DNA from: Alphaproteobacteria bacterium
Lineage (GTDB): Bacteria; Pseudomonadota; Alphaproteobacteria; Bin95
DNA length: 64,000 bases
NCBI GenBank assembly: GCA_965205265.1
Contig: CBDBGH010000003.1
Span: forward strand, 4,192,001-4,256,000
Direction: 5' to 3'
This document shows positions 42,939 through 57,417 of the stretch, piece after piece (within the stretch, counting starts at the first letter, position 1; the number at the start of each line of letters is the position of its first letter). The notes under the pieces are model-generated. The model ran no database searches. It saw only the letters and a program-made list of their open reading frames with translations, and had not been told where the DNA came from. The position numbers and the translations under genes are program-made.

Positions 42939-44254
42939 GACAAAGCCTCCGCCAGGGCGTCGAGATCCCCGGCGTCCGCCGTCTCGGTCACCGCGACCAG
43001 CAGCAGGTCGTCCAGCCCCGCGCCCGGATGGAGGCGCGAGACCGGCACGCCTGCGAGGATGCCCTCCTCCGCAAGCCTTTCGACCGCTTCCGCCGCATCG
43101 CCGTCGAGGCGGACGGTGAATTCGTTGAAGAAATGCGGGGTCACGACCCGCGCGCCGAGCCGGTCCGCCAGCGAGACGGCGCCCGCATGGTTGAGCGCCG
43201 CCAAGCGTTTCAGCCCGGTTTCGCCGAGCAGGGTCAGATGGATGGTGAAGGCGAGCGCGCAGAGGCCCGAATTGGTGCAGATGTTGCTGGTCGCGCGTTC
43301 GCGGCGGATATGCTGCTCGCGCGTCGCCAGGGTCAGCACATAGCCGCGCCGGCCCTCGGCATCCACGGTCTCGCCGCAGAGCCGGCCCGGCATCTGGCGC
43401 ATATGGCGCGTGCGGGCCGCGAACAGGCCGAGATGCGGGCCGCCGAAACTCATCGCATTGCCGATCGACTGGCCTTCCGCCGCCACGATGTCGGCCCCCA
43501 TCTCCCCGGGCGACCGGAGCGCGCCCAGCGCCACGACTTCGGTGACGACGACCACCAGCAGCGCGCCCTTCGCATGCGCCGCTTCCGCCAGCTCCGAGAG
43601 GTCCCCGACATTGCCGAACAGGTCCGGATACTGGACGACCACGCAGGAGGTCTCCTCGTCGATCCGCGACGCCAGGTCCTCGCCGCCGGCCGGCATGGGC
43701 GGGGCGGCTTCGAGCCGGAAGCCCTGGAAGCGCGCGAGCGTCGCGGCCGTGTCGCGGTAATGCGGGTGGAGATTGCCGGAGACCACCGCCTTCGAGCGCC
43801 GGGTGACGCGGTTCGCCATCATGACGGCCTCGGCCGTGGCGGTCGCGCCGTCATACATGGAGGCGTTGGCGACCTCCATGCCGGTCAGCAGGCACACCTG
43901 GGTCTGGAACTCGAACAGGTATTGCAGCGTGCCCTGGGCGATTTCCGGCTGGTAGGGCGTGTAGGAGGTGAGGAACTCGCCGCGCTGGATCAGGTAGTCC
44001 ACGGATGCCGGGATGTGGTGGCGGTAGCTGCCGGCCCCGCAGAAGAAGGGGCCCGCGCCCGCCGCCCGGTTCCGCCCTGCGAGGCGGGAGAGCCGCCTTT
44101 CGACCTCGAACTCGCTTGCATGGCGGGGCAGGTCCACCGGCTCCGCCAGCAAGGCATCCTCCGGCACATCCGAGAACAGGGCCTCGACCGACGGCGCGCC
44201 GATGGCCCGGAGCATCCCGCTGCGGTCGGCGCCGGTGATCGGCAGGTAGCGCAT
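42935..44254 (-). CDS. gcvPA: Glycine dehydrogenase subunit 1
   Basis: MRYLP start; [41 protein letters not shown]. Confidence 0.96.
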   Translation of the reverse strand: MRYLPITGADRSGMLRAIGAPSVEALFSDVPEDALLAEPVDLPRHASEFEVERRLSRLAGRNRAAGAGPFFCGAGSYRHHIPASVDYLIQRGEFLTSYTPYQPEIAQGTLQYLFEFQTQVCLLTGMEVANASMYDGATATAEAVMMANRVTRRSKAVVSGNLHPHYRDTAATLARFQGFRLEAAPPMPAGGEDLASRIDEETSCVVVQYPDLFGNVGDLSELAEAAHAKGALLVVVVTEVVALGALRSPGEMGADIVAAEGQSIGNAMSFGGPHLGLFAARTRHMRQMPGRLCGETVDAEGRRGYVLTLATREQHIRRERATSNICTNSGLCALAFTIHLTLLGETGLKRLAALNHAGAVSLADRLGARVVTPHFFNEFTVRLDGDAAEAVERLAEEGILAGVPVSRLHPGAGLDDLLLVAVTETADAGDLDALAEALS

Positions 44255-44634
44255 CAGTCGAGGTCCTCGACGAACGCCTGATAGGCCTCTTCGTCCATCA
44301 GCTCGTCCAGCTCGCCTTCGTCGCCGATCTCCATGCGGAAGAACCAGCCCTGGTCCTCGGCGGATTCGTTGACGAGGTCGGGCGATTCCTCCAGCCGGTC
44401 GTTGACCGCAACGATGGTGCCCGTGACCGGCGCATAGACATCGCTGGCGGCCTTGGTGCTCTCGACCACCGCGGCCTCGCCGTCGCGTGCGATCTCCGCG
44501 CCGACCTCCGGCAGTTCGACATAGACGACATCGCCCAGCTGCGACTGGGCGTAGTCGGTGATGCCGCAGACCGCAACGCCGTCCTCCATCCGTACCCATT
44601 CATGTTCGCGCGTGTAGTAGGTCGTGACTGCCAT
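44254..44634 (-). CDS. gcvH: Glycine cleavage system H protein
   Basis: [32 protein letters not shown] (lipoyl Lys). Confidence 0.97.
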   Translation of the reverse strand: MAVTTYYTREHEWVRMEDGVAVCGITDYAQSQLGDVVYVELPEVGAEIARDGEAAVVESTKAASDVYAPVTGTIVAVNDRLEESPDLVNESAEDQGWFFRMEIGDEGELDELMDEEAYQAFVEDLD

Positions 44635-44642
44635 CGGACTTC

Positions 44643-45722
44643 TCAGCCTCGGAAATAGTTGTGGGGAACGAAGGGAAGGCGGACGACCCGTCCGGGCCGC
44701 GGCTTCCCGCGGATATCGAAGGCGATCTCCGTGCCGGGCGCGGTCAGCCCGACCGGCAGATAGCCCATGGCGACCGGGCCGCCGAGCACCGGCGAGAAAC
44801 CGCCGCTGGCCACCCAGCCGACCGGCTCTCCGGAGCCGTCGAGCACATCGGAGCCCTCGCGCGTAATGACCCGGCCCTCGGGCCTCATGCCGACGCGGCG
44901 CCGGGCGGGAGGATTGTCGAGAATGCGGGCCGCGCCGGGGAAGCCGCGCTCCTCGCGCCGGCGCTTCGGCACGGTCCAGCCGAGGCCGGCTTCGAGCGGC
45001 GTCGTGTCCTCGTCGAGGTCCCGCCCGTAGAGGCAGAGGCCCGCTTCCAGCCTGAGCGAGTTGCGCGCATCGAGCCCCGCCCAGGCGACCGCCTCATGGG
45101 CGAGCAGCTGCCCGGCGAGCGCTTCGGCGTCGGCACCGGCGACCGACAGCTCGAAACCGTCCTCGCCCGTATAGCCCGAGCGCGAGACGCGGGCCGGCAC
45201 GCCGCAGGCCTCGCCCTCGCGCCAGGCCATGAACGGCAGATCCGCGAAATCCGGCAGCACCGCCGCCGCCGCCGGCCCCTGCAGGGCGAGCAGCGCGCGG
45301 TCCGGCTCCGGCACGATATCCACCCTGCCGCCGAGATGGCTGCGAAGATGCTCCGTGTCGCTTTTCCTGCGCGCGGCGTTGACCACGAGTCCGAGGCCGC
45401 CCGGAATGCGCGAGACGATCAGATCGTCCAGGATGCCGCCGTTCTCCAGGGTGAAGAGGGTGTAGCGCATGGCGCCCTCGCCGAGGCCCCGGATATCGCC
45501 CGGCACGAGCGTCTCCAGCGCCTCGTCGGCGCCCTCGCCCATCAGCCGCAGCTGGCCCATATGGCTGACATCGAACAGCGCCGCCCGGTTGCGGGCCTGG
45601 TTGTGCTCGGCGACGCTGCCCTCCGGATAGCGCAGCGGCATGTCGTAGCCCACGAAAGGCTCCATGCGCGCGCCGGCGGCGAGGTGCATGGCGTGAAGCG
45701 GGGTCTTGATCAGTTCGGCCAT
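44643..45722 (-). CDS. gcvT: Aminomethyltransferase (glycine cleavage T protein)
   Basis: LFDVSHMGQ, GGILDDL, LALQGP, SRSGYTGEDGFE, RNSLRLEAG. Confidence 0.97.
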   Translation of the reverse strand: MAELIKTPLHAMHLAAGARMEPFVGYDMPLRYPEGSVAEHNQARNRAALFDVSHMGQLRLMGEGADEALETLVPGDIRGLGEGAMRYTLFTLENGGILDDLIVSRIPGGLGLVVNAARRKSDTEHLRSHLGGRVDIVPEPDRALLALQGPAAAAVLPDFADLPFMAWREGEACGVPARVSRSGYTGEDGFELSVAGADAEALAGQLLAHEAVAWAGLDARNSLRLEAGLCLYGRDLDEDTTPLEAGLGWTVPKRRREERGFPGAARILDNPPARRRVGMRPEGRVITREGSDVLDGSGEPVGWVASGGFSPVLGGPVAMGYLPVGLTAPGTEIAFDIRGKPRPGRVVRLPFVPHNYFRG

Positions 45723-45769
45723 CGACGGACCCTCCGGCTTCCGGGCCGGCCCTCGCGGCCTGCCCGTCT

Positions 45770-45943
45770 GCCCCCTCTGTCCGTCCGACCTGAAAGATTC
45801 CGGCTCAGCCGTTACATCTTCGGTGGGGCGTATGCGCCCGCTTTCCAGAGTTGCCTCCCCGCGCGGTCCGGGTGCCTGAGAGTTTCCGGGGCGGTTGCTC
45901 CTTCGGCGCCGGCCCTGATCGCCGGACTCTCCCGCGCAGATCG
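45770..45943 (-). promoter_or_regulatory. Tandem glycine riboswitch
   Basis: Minus strand GGGAGAG..CGCCGAAGGAGCAA..GGAAACTCTCAGG followed by CTCTGGAAAG..CACCGAAGATGTAA..AATCTTTCAGG..GACAGAGG, upstream of gcvT. Confidence 0.92.
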
Positions 45944-45980
45944 ACGGCGGGAGGATGGTGGCAGAGGCCGCGCCGGCTTG

Positions 45981-46799
45981 TCAATGCGCCATGAACACCG
46001 GGAGCTCGGCATTGAACAGGATATGGTTGGTCGGCCCGCCGAACAGCGCCTGGCGCAGCCGGCCGCGGGTGTAGCCGCCTTTGAGCAGCAGGTCGGCGCC
46101 GCGTTCGGCCGCCACTTCCAGGGTCTTGTGGCCGCTCTCCCCGAGCCCCGCTTCGACGACCAGCGAGCCGGCTTCGATGCCCTCGCGACGAAGCTGGCGC
46201 GCGACCGCCTCGCCGGTCGGTCCCGGCACCGTCATGCCCGTCACGGTCAGCACCGTCACCTGCTCGGCAAGGCGCAGCAGGTCGAGCGCGGCGCGGATGG
46301 TGCGGGCGGTTTCCGAGGAGCCGTTCCATGCGATCAGTATGTTGCTGCCGAACGCGGCCGGCGGTCCGGACGGCACGGCCAGTATTGCCTGGCCGCTGTC
46401 GAACAGCGCCGTCTCGAGCGTGCCGAGAGAGGGTCCGCTGGAGCCTTTCACCGGCCGGCCGACCACCACGACATCATACACGCGGGCATGGTTGCCGAGA
46501 TTGTCGAGGCCCGTTTCGCTCTCCGACCAGACAGCCCGGTCGCCGAGTCCGGCGGCTTCGGCAAAGGCGTCGAACCGCCGCCGCGCCTCGGCGGCGCGGC
46601 GGTCGTCCTCGCGCTCGAAGCGCTCAACGAGCGCCGGCAGCGCGGCGCCGCTGTCGTCGGTCGCCATGATGGCGGAGGGGTCGGTGTGGAAATGGGCGGC
46701 CTCCAGCCAGCCGTCGATGCGGGCGCGCAGGCACTCGGCGGCGGCAAGCACGCTCTCCAATGTGTCCAGGTCGTTGGTCGGCACCAGAATCGATTTCAT
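45981..46799 (-). CDS. Universal stress protein (tandem Usp)
   Basis: MKSILVP; ILIAWNGSSETAR; DLLLKGGYTRGRLRQALFGGPT. Confidence 0.88.
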   Translation of the reverse strand: MKSILVPTNDLDTLESVLAAAECLRARIDGWLEAAHFHTDPSAIMATDDSGAALPALVERFEREDDRRAAEARRRFDAFAEAAGLGDRAVWSESETGLDNLGNHARVYDVVVVGRPVKGSSGPSLGTLETALFDSGQAILAVPSGPPAAFGSNILIAWNGSSETARTIRAALDLLRLAEQVTVLTVTGMTVPGPTGEAVARQLRREGIEAGSLVVEAGLGESGHKTLEVAAERGADLLLKGGYTRGRLRQALFGGPTNHILFNAELPVFMAH

Positions 46800-46926
46800 C
46801 GTCTCGTCCTCGCTTCGCCGGTAGCGGCGGCCGGCGGGGTGACAAACCGCTCGTCATGGGCCAGTCTCGCGACGGGACCCGCGGGCGGCGCGCGCCCGCA
46901 GTATCGCAGCAAAGAGGAAGATGCGC

Positions 46927-47100
46927 ATGACGGACTTGCAGGACCGCCGGGCGGCGCTAGCGGCCCGGCATGCTGCGCTCGACGACGAGATCCGCGCCCT
47001 TGAAAACAATCCCTCCGCCGACGACCTGCAATTGCAGACGCTCAAGAAACGCAAGCTGGCGCTGAAGGATGAAATTGCAGCCCTGGAGCGTTCCGGCTGA
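46927..47100 (+). CDS. DUF465/YdcH-family small coiled-coil protein
   Basis: Manual translation MTDLQDRRAALAARHAALDDEIRALENNPSADDLQLQTLKKRKLALKDEIAALERSG; GAGG RBS. Confidence 0.85.
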   Translation: MTDLQDRRAALAARHAALDDEIRALENNPSADDLQLQTLKKRKLALKDEIAALERSG

Positions 47101-47171
47101 CGGCCGCCTTGCCGGCGCGCGGCTGAACCCGCCGGCGGCCGAACTGTCCGGCCGGCATCGGAAGGGCCGGG

Positions 47172-48794
47172 ATGGACCATCCGAGCTATCTCGCTGACGT
47201 TCTGATCTTCCTGCTCGCGGCGGTTGTCGCGGTGCCGCTGTTCCGCCGTCTCGGGCTTGCGGCGGTGCTCGGTTATATCGGCGCCGGCGCCGTCATCGGC
47301 CCCCATGCGCTCGGTCTGGTCGAACGGATCGACAGCGCCCGCGCGCTGGCGGAGTTCGGCGTCGTCTTCCTGTTGTTCACGGTCGGGCTGGAGCTGCCGC
47401 TCGACCGCCTGCGCGCGCTCGGGGGCGGCAAATTCGCGCTTGGCCTGCTGCAGGTGCTGCTCACCATGGCGGTGTTCTCCGGGGCGGGCATCGCCTTCGG
47501 GCTGCCGCCCCAGGCCGCTGTGGTCGTAGCCGCGGCGCTCGCGCTTTCCTCGACCGCCATGGTGCTGCAGCTGCTGGCCGAGCGGGGCGAGCTGACGAGC
47601 CAGGCGGGACGGTCCGCCTTCGCCGTGCTTCTGGTCCAGGACATAGCCGTCGGTCCGCTGCTGGTCATCACGCTGGTGCTCGGCGGCGCGCCGGAGGCGA
47701 TTGCCGAAGCGCTTTTCTGGTCGGTGCTGAAGGCGCTGGCGGCCGTCATCGGCATCCTGGCGGTCGGACGCTGGGTGGTGCGTCCCATTTACGGGCCGCT
47801 CTCCGAAGGCGGCCAGATCGAAACCTTCACCGCGCTCACCCTGCTGATCGTGCTGGCGACGGGCCTCGCCACCGAGCTCGCCGGCCTCTCGATGGCCTTC
47901 GGCGCCTTCCTTGCCGGCATGCTGCTGGCCGATACCCGCCACCGCCACCAGGTCGCGGCCGTCATCCAGCCCTTCCGCGGCCTGCTGCTCGGGCTCTTTT
48001 TCATGACGGTCGGCATGGCGATCGACGCGGGCGGAGTGGCATCTCGGGCCGGCGCGCTGGCGGCCGTCGTGGTCGGCCTGCTGGCGGTCAAGACTGCGGT
48101 TGCCGCCGCAATCGGGGCTGCGCTCGGCATGCCGAGGGGGCGGGCGATCTATGTCGGACTGCTGCTGGCGGGCAGCGGCGAGTTCGGCTTCGTGCTGCTG
48201 GGCGCGGCGGTCGGGCGCTCGCTTCTGGACAGTCCGGATGCGCAGCTCCTCGGCATGGCGATCACGCTCTCCATGGCGGCGACCCCGCTGCTGGCATTCG
48301 CCGGGCGCCGCGCCTTGCCCGACATCGCGCAGGAATCCGGGGAGCGGGTCGAGGCCGCAGGGCCGCATTCGGGCCATATCGTCGTCGCCGGCTTCGGCCG
48401 CGCCGGCCGCGAATGCGCGGCCCAGTTGCGCGAGGCGGGCCGGCTGCCGGTTGGCATCGATATCCATGCGGACAACATCACCGCGGGCCGCCGGCTGGGT
48501 TTCGAGGTGTTCCACGGCGATGCGGCCCGTCCGGAAGTGCTGGAGGCGGCCGGCGTCGAGAATGCCAGCGCGGTTATCGTGGCGTTCAACGACCCCAGGC
48601 GCGCCGTCACCATCGTCGGCCAGCTGCGCTACATTTTCCCGCACCTGCGCATCGTCGCCCGCGCCCATGACGAGCACTGGGCGGAAGAGCTGCGCCGGGT
48701 GGGGGCGGACACGGTCGCGGTGGAAATGCAGGGCGTGGCGGACAAGCTCGCCGGCTCCATCGATGACGCGGAGCCCGAGCCGAAGGCCGGGTGA
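47172..48794 (+). CDS. Kef-type cation:proton antiporter (CPA2) with TrkA-N domain
   Basis: [42 protein letters not shown]. Confidence 0.9.
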   Translation: MDHPSYLADVLIFLLAAVVAVPLFRRLGLAAVLGYIGAGAVIGPHALGLVERIDSARALAEFGVVFLLFTVGLELPLDRLRALGGGKFALGLLQVLLTMAVFSGAGIAFGLPPQAAVVVAAALALSSTAMVLQLLAERGELTSQAGRSAFAVLLVQDIAVGPLLVITLVLGGAPEAIAEALFWSVLKALAAVIGILAVGRWVVRPIYGPLSEGGQIETFTALTLLIVLATGLATELAGLSMAFGAFLAGMLLADTRHRHQVAAVIQPFRGLLLGLFFMTVGMAIDAGGVASRAGALAAVVVGLLAVKTAVAAAIGAALGMPRGRAIYVGLLLAGSGEFGFVLLGAAVGRSLLDSPDAQLLGMAITLSMAATPLLAFAGRRALPDIAQESGERVEAAGPHSGHIVVAGFGRAGRECAAQLREAGRLPVGIDIHADNITAGRRLGFEVFHGDAARPEVLEAAGVENASAVIVAFNDPRRAVTIVGQLRYIFPHLRIVARAHDEHWAEELRRVGADTVAVEMQGVADKLAGSIDDAEPEPKAG

Positions 48795-48876
48795 GGAGTT
48801 CGGGAAGCGGCGGTTGCCGGTTCGGGCGCTTTGGTATAGACAACGCCGCTGCCAGATATCCGGAAGAGGACGCCCG

Positions 48877-49065
48877 ATGGCCGTTCCGAAGAAGAAGGTG
48901 AGCCGGTCGCGCCGCGACAAGCGCCGTTCCCACCACCGTCTGGGTGCCGAAACGCATGTCGAATGCCCGAATTGCGGCGAACGGACGCGCCCGCATCATG
49001 TTTGCGCACATTGCGGCTATTACCGCGGCCGCGAGGTCGTCGTAGCCAGAGACGAAGCCGCCTAA
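48877..49065 (+). CDS. rpmF: 50S ribosomal protein L32 (zinc-ribbon type)
   Basis: [40 protein letters not shown]. Confidence 0.95.
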   Translation: MAVPKKKVSRSRRDKRRSHHRLGAETHVECPNCGERTRPHHVCAHCGYYRGREVVVARDEAA

Positions 49066-49072
49066 GGCTCCT

Positions 49073-50110
49073 GTGCCCGATCCCATCGTCATTGCGCTCG
49101 ACGGCATGGGCGGAGACCGGGCGCCCGATATCGTGCTTCGGGGCGCAGCCCTGGCCGGCGAACGCTACCCGGAAGTGCATTTTCAGGTCCACGGCGACCC
49201 GGCGCGGATGGAACGCGGCCTCGCGAAGATGAAGGCGCTCGGCGACCGGATCGAGCTGCATCCGGCCGAAAAGGTCATCGCCGACGACGCCAGGCCCTCC
49301 TCGGCGATTCGCGGCGGCGAGGGCTCGTCGATGTGGAACGCCGTGGCGAAGGTGCGCGACGGCCAGGCCGCCGGCATCGTTTCGGCCGGCAATACCGGCG
49401 CGCTGATGGCGGTTTCCAAGTTCCTGCTGCGCACGCCTCCGGGCGTCGGCCGGCCCGCGATCTGCTCCATCATGCCGACCTTGCGGGCCGAAATCGCCAT
49501 GCTCGACCTCGGCGCGAATATCGAATGCGACGGCGAAAACCTGTTCCAGTTCGCGGTCATGGGCGCCGCGTTCGCTTCGGCGGTTCTGGACCGGCGCCCG
49601 ACGGTCGGCCTGCTGAATGTCGGCCAGGAGGAGCTGAAGGGGGGCTCGGCCCTGCGCGACGCCGCCGCCAGGCTCCGCGCCGTTGCCGATCCGGGCTTCG
49701 ACTTCAAGGGTTTCATCGAGGGCGACGACATAACCGGCGGCGCGGTCGATGTGGTGGTGACCGACGGATTCACCGGAAATGTCGCTCTCAAGGCGCTGGA
49801 AGGTTCGGCGCGGCTCTACAGTGCGGCGCTCCGGCGCGCGGTGAGGAGTTCGCTCGCCGGCATGGCGGGTTTCTGGCTGGCGCGGCGGGCGCTCGACAAG
49901 GTGCGCGACCGTTTCGATCCGCGCCGCTACAACGGCGCTGTGTTCGTCGGGCTGAACGGCATCGTCGTCAAGGCCCACGGCAGTTCGGACGCTTTCTCGT
50001 TCGCCAATGCGATCGGCTTTGCGGTCGATATGAGCCGCCACGGTTTCCTCGAGGATGTCCGCTCGGCCTTCGAACGCATGGCGCCGCCGGTGGCGGCAAC
50101 GGCCTCTTGA
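49073..50110 (+). CDS. plsX: Phosphate acyltransferase PlsX
   Basis: [43 protein letters not shown]. Confidence 0.95.
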   Translation: MPDPIVIALDGMGGDRAPDIVLRGAALAGERYPEVHFQVHGDPARMERGLAKMKALGDRIELHPAEKVIADDARPSSAIRGGEGSSMWNAVAKVRDGQAAGIVSAGNTGALMAVSKFLLRTPPGVGRPAICSIMPTLRAEIAMLDLGANIECDGENLFQFAVMGAAFASAVLDRRPTVGLLNVGQEELKGGSALRDAAARLRAVADPGFDFKGFIEGDDITGGAVDVVVTDGFTGNVALKALEGSARLYSAALRRAVRSSLAGMAGFWLARRALDKVRDRFDPRRYNGAVFVGLNGIVVKAHGSSDAFSFANAIGFAVDMSRHGFLEDVRSAFERMAPPVAATAS

Positions 50111-51072
50111 CCGGACCGCGGGCGCAATTCCGGGGCGTCGGCGCCTATCTGCCGGAGCGTATCGTCACCAATGACGAGCTCGCGGCCTGCATGGACACCT
50201 CCGACGCCTGGATCCGCGAACGCACCGGCATCCGCGAGCGGCGGATCGCGGCGCCGGACGAAAAGACCTCGGACCTCGCGCTCGAAGCATCGAGGCGCGC
50301 GCTCGCTGCCGCCGGAAGGGACGCCTGCGAACTCGACCTGATCGTGCTCGCCACCGCGACGCCGGACCGGACGTTTCCCTCCACGGCGACGGCGGTCCAG
50401 GCCGGGCTGGGCATGACGGAGGGCGCCGCTTTCGATGTCCAGGCGGTCTGCTCCGGGTTCATCTATGCGCTTGCCGTGGCGGACAATTTTATCCGCGCCG
50501 GCCAGTCGCGAAGCGCGCTGGTGATCGGCGCCGAGACCTTTTCCCGGATCCTGGACTGGAACGAGCGCGAGACCAGCGTGCTCTTCGGCGACGGCGCCGG
50601 CGCGGTGGTGCTGGAAGCCTGCGAGGATGATCCGCGTCACCTCCTGTCCACCCATCTGCATTCGGACGGGCGCCATGGCGACATGCTCTATGTCGATGGC
50701 GGCCCGTCATCCACCCGGACCGTCGGGCATTTGCGGATGAAGGGGCGGGAAGTCTTCAAGCACGCGGTCACGAATCTCACCGAGGTCGTTGACGAGGCGC
50801 TGGCGGCTAACGGCCTCGGGCCCGAGGCCATCGACTGGATCGTGCCGCATCAGGCCAATCTGCGCATCCTGCGCGCCACCGGACGCAAGCTCGGCATCGG
50901 CGAAGACCGGGTGATCGTGACGGTGGACCGCCACGCCAACACTTCGGCCGCCTCGATTCCCCTGGCGCTGGCGGCCGGTGTCGGGGACGGGCGGATCTCG
51001 GAAGGCGACATGCTGCTGCTCGAGGCCATGGGCGGCGGTTTCACCTGGGGCGCGGCGCTCGCCCGATGGTGA
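50107..51072 (+). CDS. fabH: Beta-ketoacyl-ACP synthase III
   Basis: [46 protein letters not shown]. Confidence 0.95.
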   Translation: MTGPRAQFRGVGAYLPERIVTNDELAACMDTSDAWIRERTGIRERRIAAPDEKTSDLALEASRRALAAAGRDACELDLIVLATATPDRTFPSTATAVQAGLGMTEGAAFDVQAVCSGFIYALAVADNFIRAGQSRSALVIGAETFSRILDWNERETSVLFGDGAGAVVLEACEDDPRHLLSTHLHSDGRHGDMLYVDGGPSSTRTVGHLRMKGREVFKHAVTNLTEVVDEALAANGLGPEAIDWIVPHQANLRILRATGRKLGIGEDRVIVTVDRHANTSAASIPLALAAGVGDGRISEGDMLLLEAMGGGFTWGAALARW

Positions 51073-51133
51073 GCATCGATGCCGCCTGCATCTGCGTTGA
51101 CCGGACATGCGCGTCCGGGTTAGCGTCCCCCGC

Positions 51134-51442
51134 ATGAGCGGCAGCACCCTGACCCGAGCCGACCTCTGCGAGGCGGTCTATCGCAATATCGGCCTTTCGC
51201 GCAGCGATTCGGCGATGCTCGTGGAAGCCGTTCTGGAAGAACTCGCCGAGGCGCTGGAAATCGAGGGCACGGTCAAGATCTCCTCCTTCGGCACGTTTAC
51301 CATGCGCATGAAAGGCGAGCGGACAGGACGCAACCCGCGCATCGGCGAAGAGGTCGCCATTCCGCCTCGCCGCGTGGTCGCGTTCCGCGCCTCGCAGGTG
51401 TTGAAGCAGCGCGTCAATGCGGGCGGCGCGGCGGCGGAGTAG
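51134..51442 (+). CDS. ihfA: Integration host factor subunit alpha
   Basis: [34 protein letters not shown]; fabH-ihfA-merR synteny. Confidence 0.92.
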   Translation: MSGSTLTRADLCEAVYRNIGLSRSDSAMLVEAVLEELAEALEIEGTVKISSFGTFTMRMKGERTGRNPRIGEEVAIPPRRVVAFRASQVLKQRVNAGGAAAE

Positions 51443-51454
51443 GCGCCGGCTGCC

Positions 51455-51772
51455 ATGGAAAAGCACCCGACTGCCTATCGCACGATATCGGAAGTCGCGC
51501 GAGAGGTTGGGCTCGAACCCCATGTGCTTCGTTTCTGGGAGAGCAAATTTCCACAATTGCAGCCGCTGAAACGGGCCGGCGGACGGCGCTATTACCGCCC
51601 TGAGGACGTGGATACGATTCTTGCCATTCGCGAGCTGCTGCACGAACGGCGCTTCACCATCGAAGGCGCGCGCCGGGCGCTTTCGGGGCAGGACGTGCCG
51701 GAATCCGAATTGCGGAGCATTCTGGAGGAGCTGCGGGATATCCGCGCGCTCATGGAGACAAACGTGGTATAG
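51455..51772 (+). CDS. MerR-family transcriptional regulator
   Basis: [34 protein letters not shown]. Confidence 0.92.
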   Translation: MEKHPTAYRTISEVAREVGLEPHVLRFWESKFPQLQPLKRAGGRRYYRPEDVDTILAIRELLHERRFTIEGARRALSGQDVPESELRSILEELRDIRALMETNVV

Positions 51773-51875
51773 TCCGTCGTCCTGACAAGGCGGATTGCGT
51801 CGCGACCACGTCGCGTGACGTTGAACAAATACCCGAAAAGAGACGACGTGCCGTGACTAAGGAGTGTCGATTCGT

Positions 51876-52085
51876 ATGGCTACCGGTACCGTGAAGTGGT
51901 TCAACACGACCAAGGGATACGGGTTCATCGAACCCGACGAGGGCGGGGCCGATGTCTTCGTCCATATTTCGGCAGTGCAACGCGCCGGCCTCAATGCTCC
52001 GGCCGAGGGCCAGCGGATCAGCTATGAACTGCGCCGGGATCCGCGCAAGGGCAAATTCGCAGCCGACAACATCCAATTCGTCTGA
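51876..52085 (+). CDS. Cold-shock protein
   Basis: [24 protein letters not shown]; AAGGAG RBS. Confidence 0.95.
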   Translation: MATGTVKWFNTTKGYGFIEPDEGGADVFVHISAVQRAGLNAPAEGQRISYELRRDPRKGKFAADNIQFV

Positions 52086-52208
52086 TCGGTTCCCCGCGGC
52101 CCGCCGCCCGGGACGCCGGTGCGTTGACAGCGGCGGGCCGCGTTTCTAAATCTTGGCCGAAGGGCGGGACGCCTGCGGGCCGGCCTGCGATCTTTCGGGG
52201 AACGCTTC

Positions 52209-54902
<2,694 letters not shown>

Positions 54903-54955
54903 GCCCGCTCCCCCCGCCTGCCGACCCGGCCTTCCAGCGAAGGAAACGCCTGCCC

Positions 54956-55540
54956 TTGCCGCTCTCTCCGCCTGCGCCGCGCCGCCGCCACATCCACAGC
55001 CGCCAGGTCCGCTGCGAGGGTTTCCTGCGCGAGGACGGGCTCTGGGACCTGGAGGCCGAACTCGTCGATACCAAGACCTACGCCTTCGAGAACCACTGGC
55101 GCGGCAGGGTCGAGCCGGGCGTCCCGGTCCACCGGATGCGGGTGCGCCTCACCCTCGACGACCGCCTGACGATCCTCGCCGCCGAAGCCGAGACGCTGGA
55201 AAGCCCCTACGGCGTCTGCGCGGACGCCGCCGGGAACTTCTCCCGCCTTGTCGGGCTGCGGATCGGCCCGGGCTGGATGCGCCGGGTCAAGGAGCGCTAC
55301 GGCCGGACCGCCGGCTGCACGCATATCCTGGAATTGCTCTATCCGCTCGGCACCAGCGCCTACCAGACGCTCGGCCCCTGGCGGGAGCATCGGCGCCGCC
55401 AGGCCGGCATGAGCGAGGCGGAAAGCATGAAGGGCGGCCCCGGCCTCGATTCCTGCATGGCGTTCGCCCGGTCGAGTCCGGTGGTGGGCACGCTCTGGCC
55501 CGAGGAATACCGCGAGGCGGAGCCGGCCCGGCCGGGCTAG
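54956..55540 (+). CDS. DUF2889-family protein
   Basis: IHSRQVRCEGFLREDGLWDLEA.L.D.K, GCTHI.EL, LDSC; TTG start inferred from an AAGGA RBS. Confidence 0.75.
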   Translation: MPLSPPAPRRRHIHSRQVRCEGFLREDGLWDLEAELVDTKTYAFENHWRGRVEPGVPVHRMRVRLTLDDRLTILAAEAETLESPYGVCADAAGNFSRLVGLRIGPGWMRRVKERYGRTAGCTHILELLYPLGTSAYQTLGPWREHRRRQAGMSEAESMKGGPGLDSCMAFARSSPVVGTLWPEEYREAEPARPG

Positions 55541-55797
55541 CCGTCTTCCGCCCGGATCGACAGCGCATGCACCGGCCCCGCCATCTCTTCGGCGAGCACG
55601 CCATAGACGGCTTTCTGGCGGGCCACGCGGCTCATGCCGCGGAAAGCGCCGGCTACGATCTCAACGCGGAAATGCGATTCCCCGCCCGGCCGGGCGCCGA
55701 CATGGCCCGCGTGCAGGTGCGATTCGTCGATGACCTCAAGCCGGCTCGGCTCGAACGCCTCGCGGAGCTTGCGGGCGATATCGTCGCGGACAGGCAT
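55537..55797 (-). CDS. bolA: BolA-family protein
   Basis: DESHLHAGH, ESHFRVEIV, SRVARQ, VHALSI. Confidence 0.92.
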   Translation of the reverse strand: MPVRDDIARKLREAFEPSRLEVIDESHLHAGHVGARPGGESHFRVEIVAGAFRGMSRVARQKAVYGVLAEEMAGPVHALSIRAEDG

Positions 55798-55847
55798 GGC
55801 CCGGCCCCCTTGTTCCCTCGCTGCGGTGTTTCCATACTCCGGCGGTC

Positions 55848-56381
55848 ATGGTCTATCACACCCGACAGCGTCCCGCTTCCGGCGCCCGCTGCGAATGGCC
55901 GGGCTGTCCGGCGGCGGCCTCCCATCCGGCGCCGCGCGCCGCGGACCGGCTGCACGACTATGTCTGGTTCTGCCTCGACCATGTCCGCGCCTATAACCGC
56001 GAATGGAGCTTCTGCCCCGATATGGACCGGGCGGATATCGACGCGGCGGTGCGCAGCAGCCTGGAGCCCGGCGGGCGGCATGGCCGCTTCAGCGCCTCGC
56101 TGCACTTCGACGATCCGCTCGACATGTTCGGTGGAGCCGCCACCCGGATGCCATCTTCACGGCGCTGGCCGCCCGGAAGCCCGGAGGCGGAAGCGGCGGC
56201 GGCCATGGCGCTTTCCGACGACATGACTCTCCCCGCGCTGAAATCGCGCTATAAGGAACTGGTCAAGCACCACCATCCCGACGCCAATGGCGGCTGCCCG
56301 GCGTCGGAGGAACGAATGAAATCCATAACCCGTGCCTACCGGGTCCTGCACGAGGCGCTTTCGGCGGCGCCGGCCCGGTAA
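55848..56381 (+). CDS. J-domain (DnaJ-like) protein upstream of cobS
   Basis: [32 protein letters not shown]. Confidence 0.88.
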   Translation: MVYHTRQRPASGARCEWPGCPAAASHPAPRAADRLHDYVWFCLDHVRAYNREWSFCPDMDRADIDAAVRSSLEPGGRHGRFSASLHFDDPLDMFGGAATRMPSSRRWPPGSPEAEAAAAMALSDDMTLPALKSRYKELVKHHHPDANGGCPASEERMKSITRAYRVLHEALSAAPAR

Positions 56382-56409
56382 CCTGTCACCAAGCCGGTTG
56401 GAAAATCGC

Positions 56410-57417
56410 ATGAGCACGATGCACGGCATCCAGAGCGACGCGCATACCCGCGAGCCCGACAAGACAATTTCCGTGCGCGAGGTCTTCGGGATCGACACGG
56501 ACATGGTCGCGCCCGCCTTTTCGGAGGCGAACGCCTACGTGCCCGAGATCGATACCGCCTACCATTTCGACGAACAGACCACGCTGGTGATCCTGGCCGG
56601 CTTCGCCCACAACCGCCGCGTGATGATCCAAGGCTATCACGGCACCGGCAAATCGACGCATATCGAGCAGGTCGCGGCCCGGCTCAACTGGCCGTGCATC
56701 CGCATCAATCTCGACAGCCATGTCAGCCGCATCGACCTTGTCGGCCGCGACGCCATCGTGGTGCGCGACGGCAAGCAGGTCACCGAATTCCGCGAGGGCA
56801 TGCTGCCCTGGGCGCTGCAGCACGCCACCGCCATCGTCTTCGACGAATACGATGCCGGCCGCCCGGACGTGATGTTCGTCATCCAGCGCGTGCTGGAGGT
56901 CGAGGGCAAGATGACGCTGCTCGACCAGAACCGAGTCATCCGCCCGCATCCGTCCTTCCGGCTGTTCGCGACCTCGAACACGGTCGGCCTCGGCGACACG
57001 ACCGGCCTCTATCACGGCACCCAGCAGATCAATCAGGGCCAGATGGACCGCTGGAACGTGGTCGCGACCCTGAACTACCTGCCCGAGGACGAGGAGCTCA
57101 AGATCGTCCTCGCCAAGGTGCCGGAGCTCTCCGACAAGAAGGGGCTGGCGCGCGGCAAGCAGATGATCCAGCTTGCCGAGCTCACGCGCCGGGGCTTCAT
57201 GAACGGCGACATTTCCACCGTCATGTCGCCGCGCACCGTCATCACCTGGGCGGAGAACACGCGCATCTTCAACGATCTCGGCTTCGCCTTCCGCGTCACT
57301 TTCCTCAACAAGTGCGACGAGGCGGAGCGGCCGATCGTGGCCGAGTATTTCCAACGCTGCTTCGACAGCGAACTGCCGGAGTCGATCGTGGCATCGGGGA
57401 TCGGCCGCGCGCCATGA
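56410..57417 (+). CDS. cobS: Cobaltochelatase subunit CobS (AAA+)
   Basis: [47 protein letters not shown]. Confidence 0.95.
   Translation: MSTMHGIQSDAHTREPDKTISVREVFGIDTDMVAPAFSEANAYVPEIDTAYHFDEQTTLVILAGFAHNRRVMIQGYHGTGKSTHIEQVAARLNWPCIRINLDSHVSRIDLVGRDAIVVRDGKQVTEFREGMLPWALQHATAIVFDEYDAGRPDVMFVIQRVLEVEGKMTLLDQNRVIRPHPSFRLFATSNTVGLGDTTGLYHGTQQINQGQMDRWNVVATLNYLPEDEELKIVLAKVPELSDKKGLARGKQMIQLAELTRRGFMNGDISTVMSPRTVITWAENTRIFNDLGFAFRVTFLNKCDEAERPIVAEYFQRCFDSELPESIVASGIGRAP

Noticed and set aside
51773-51875. tRNA-Pro, often found after ihfA-merR
   Set aside because: No cloverleaf or T-loop motif; the region looks like the csp 5' UTR.
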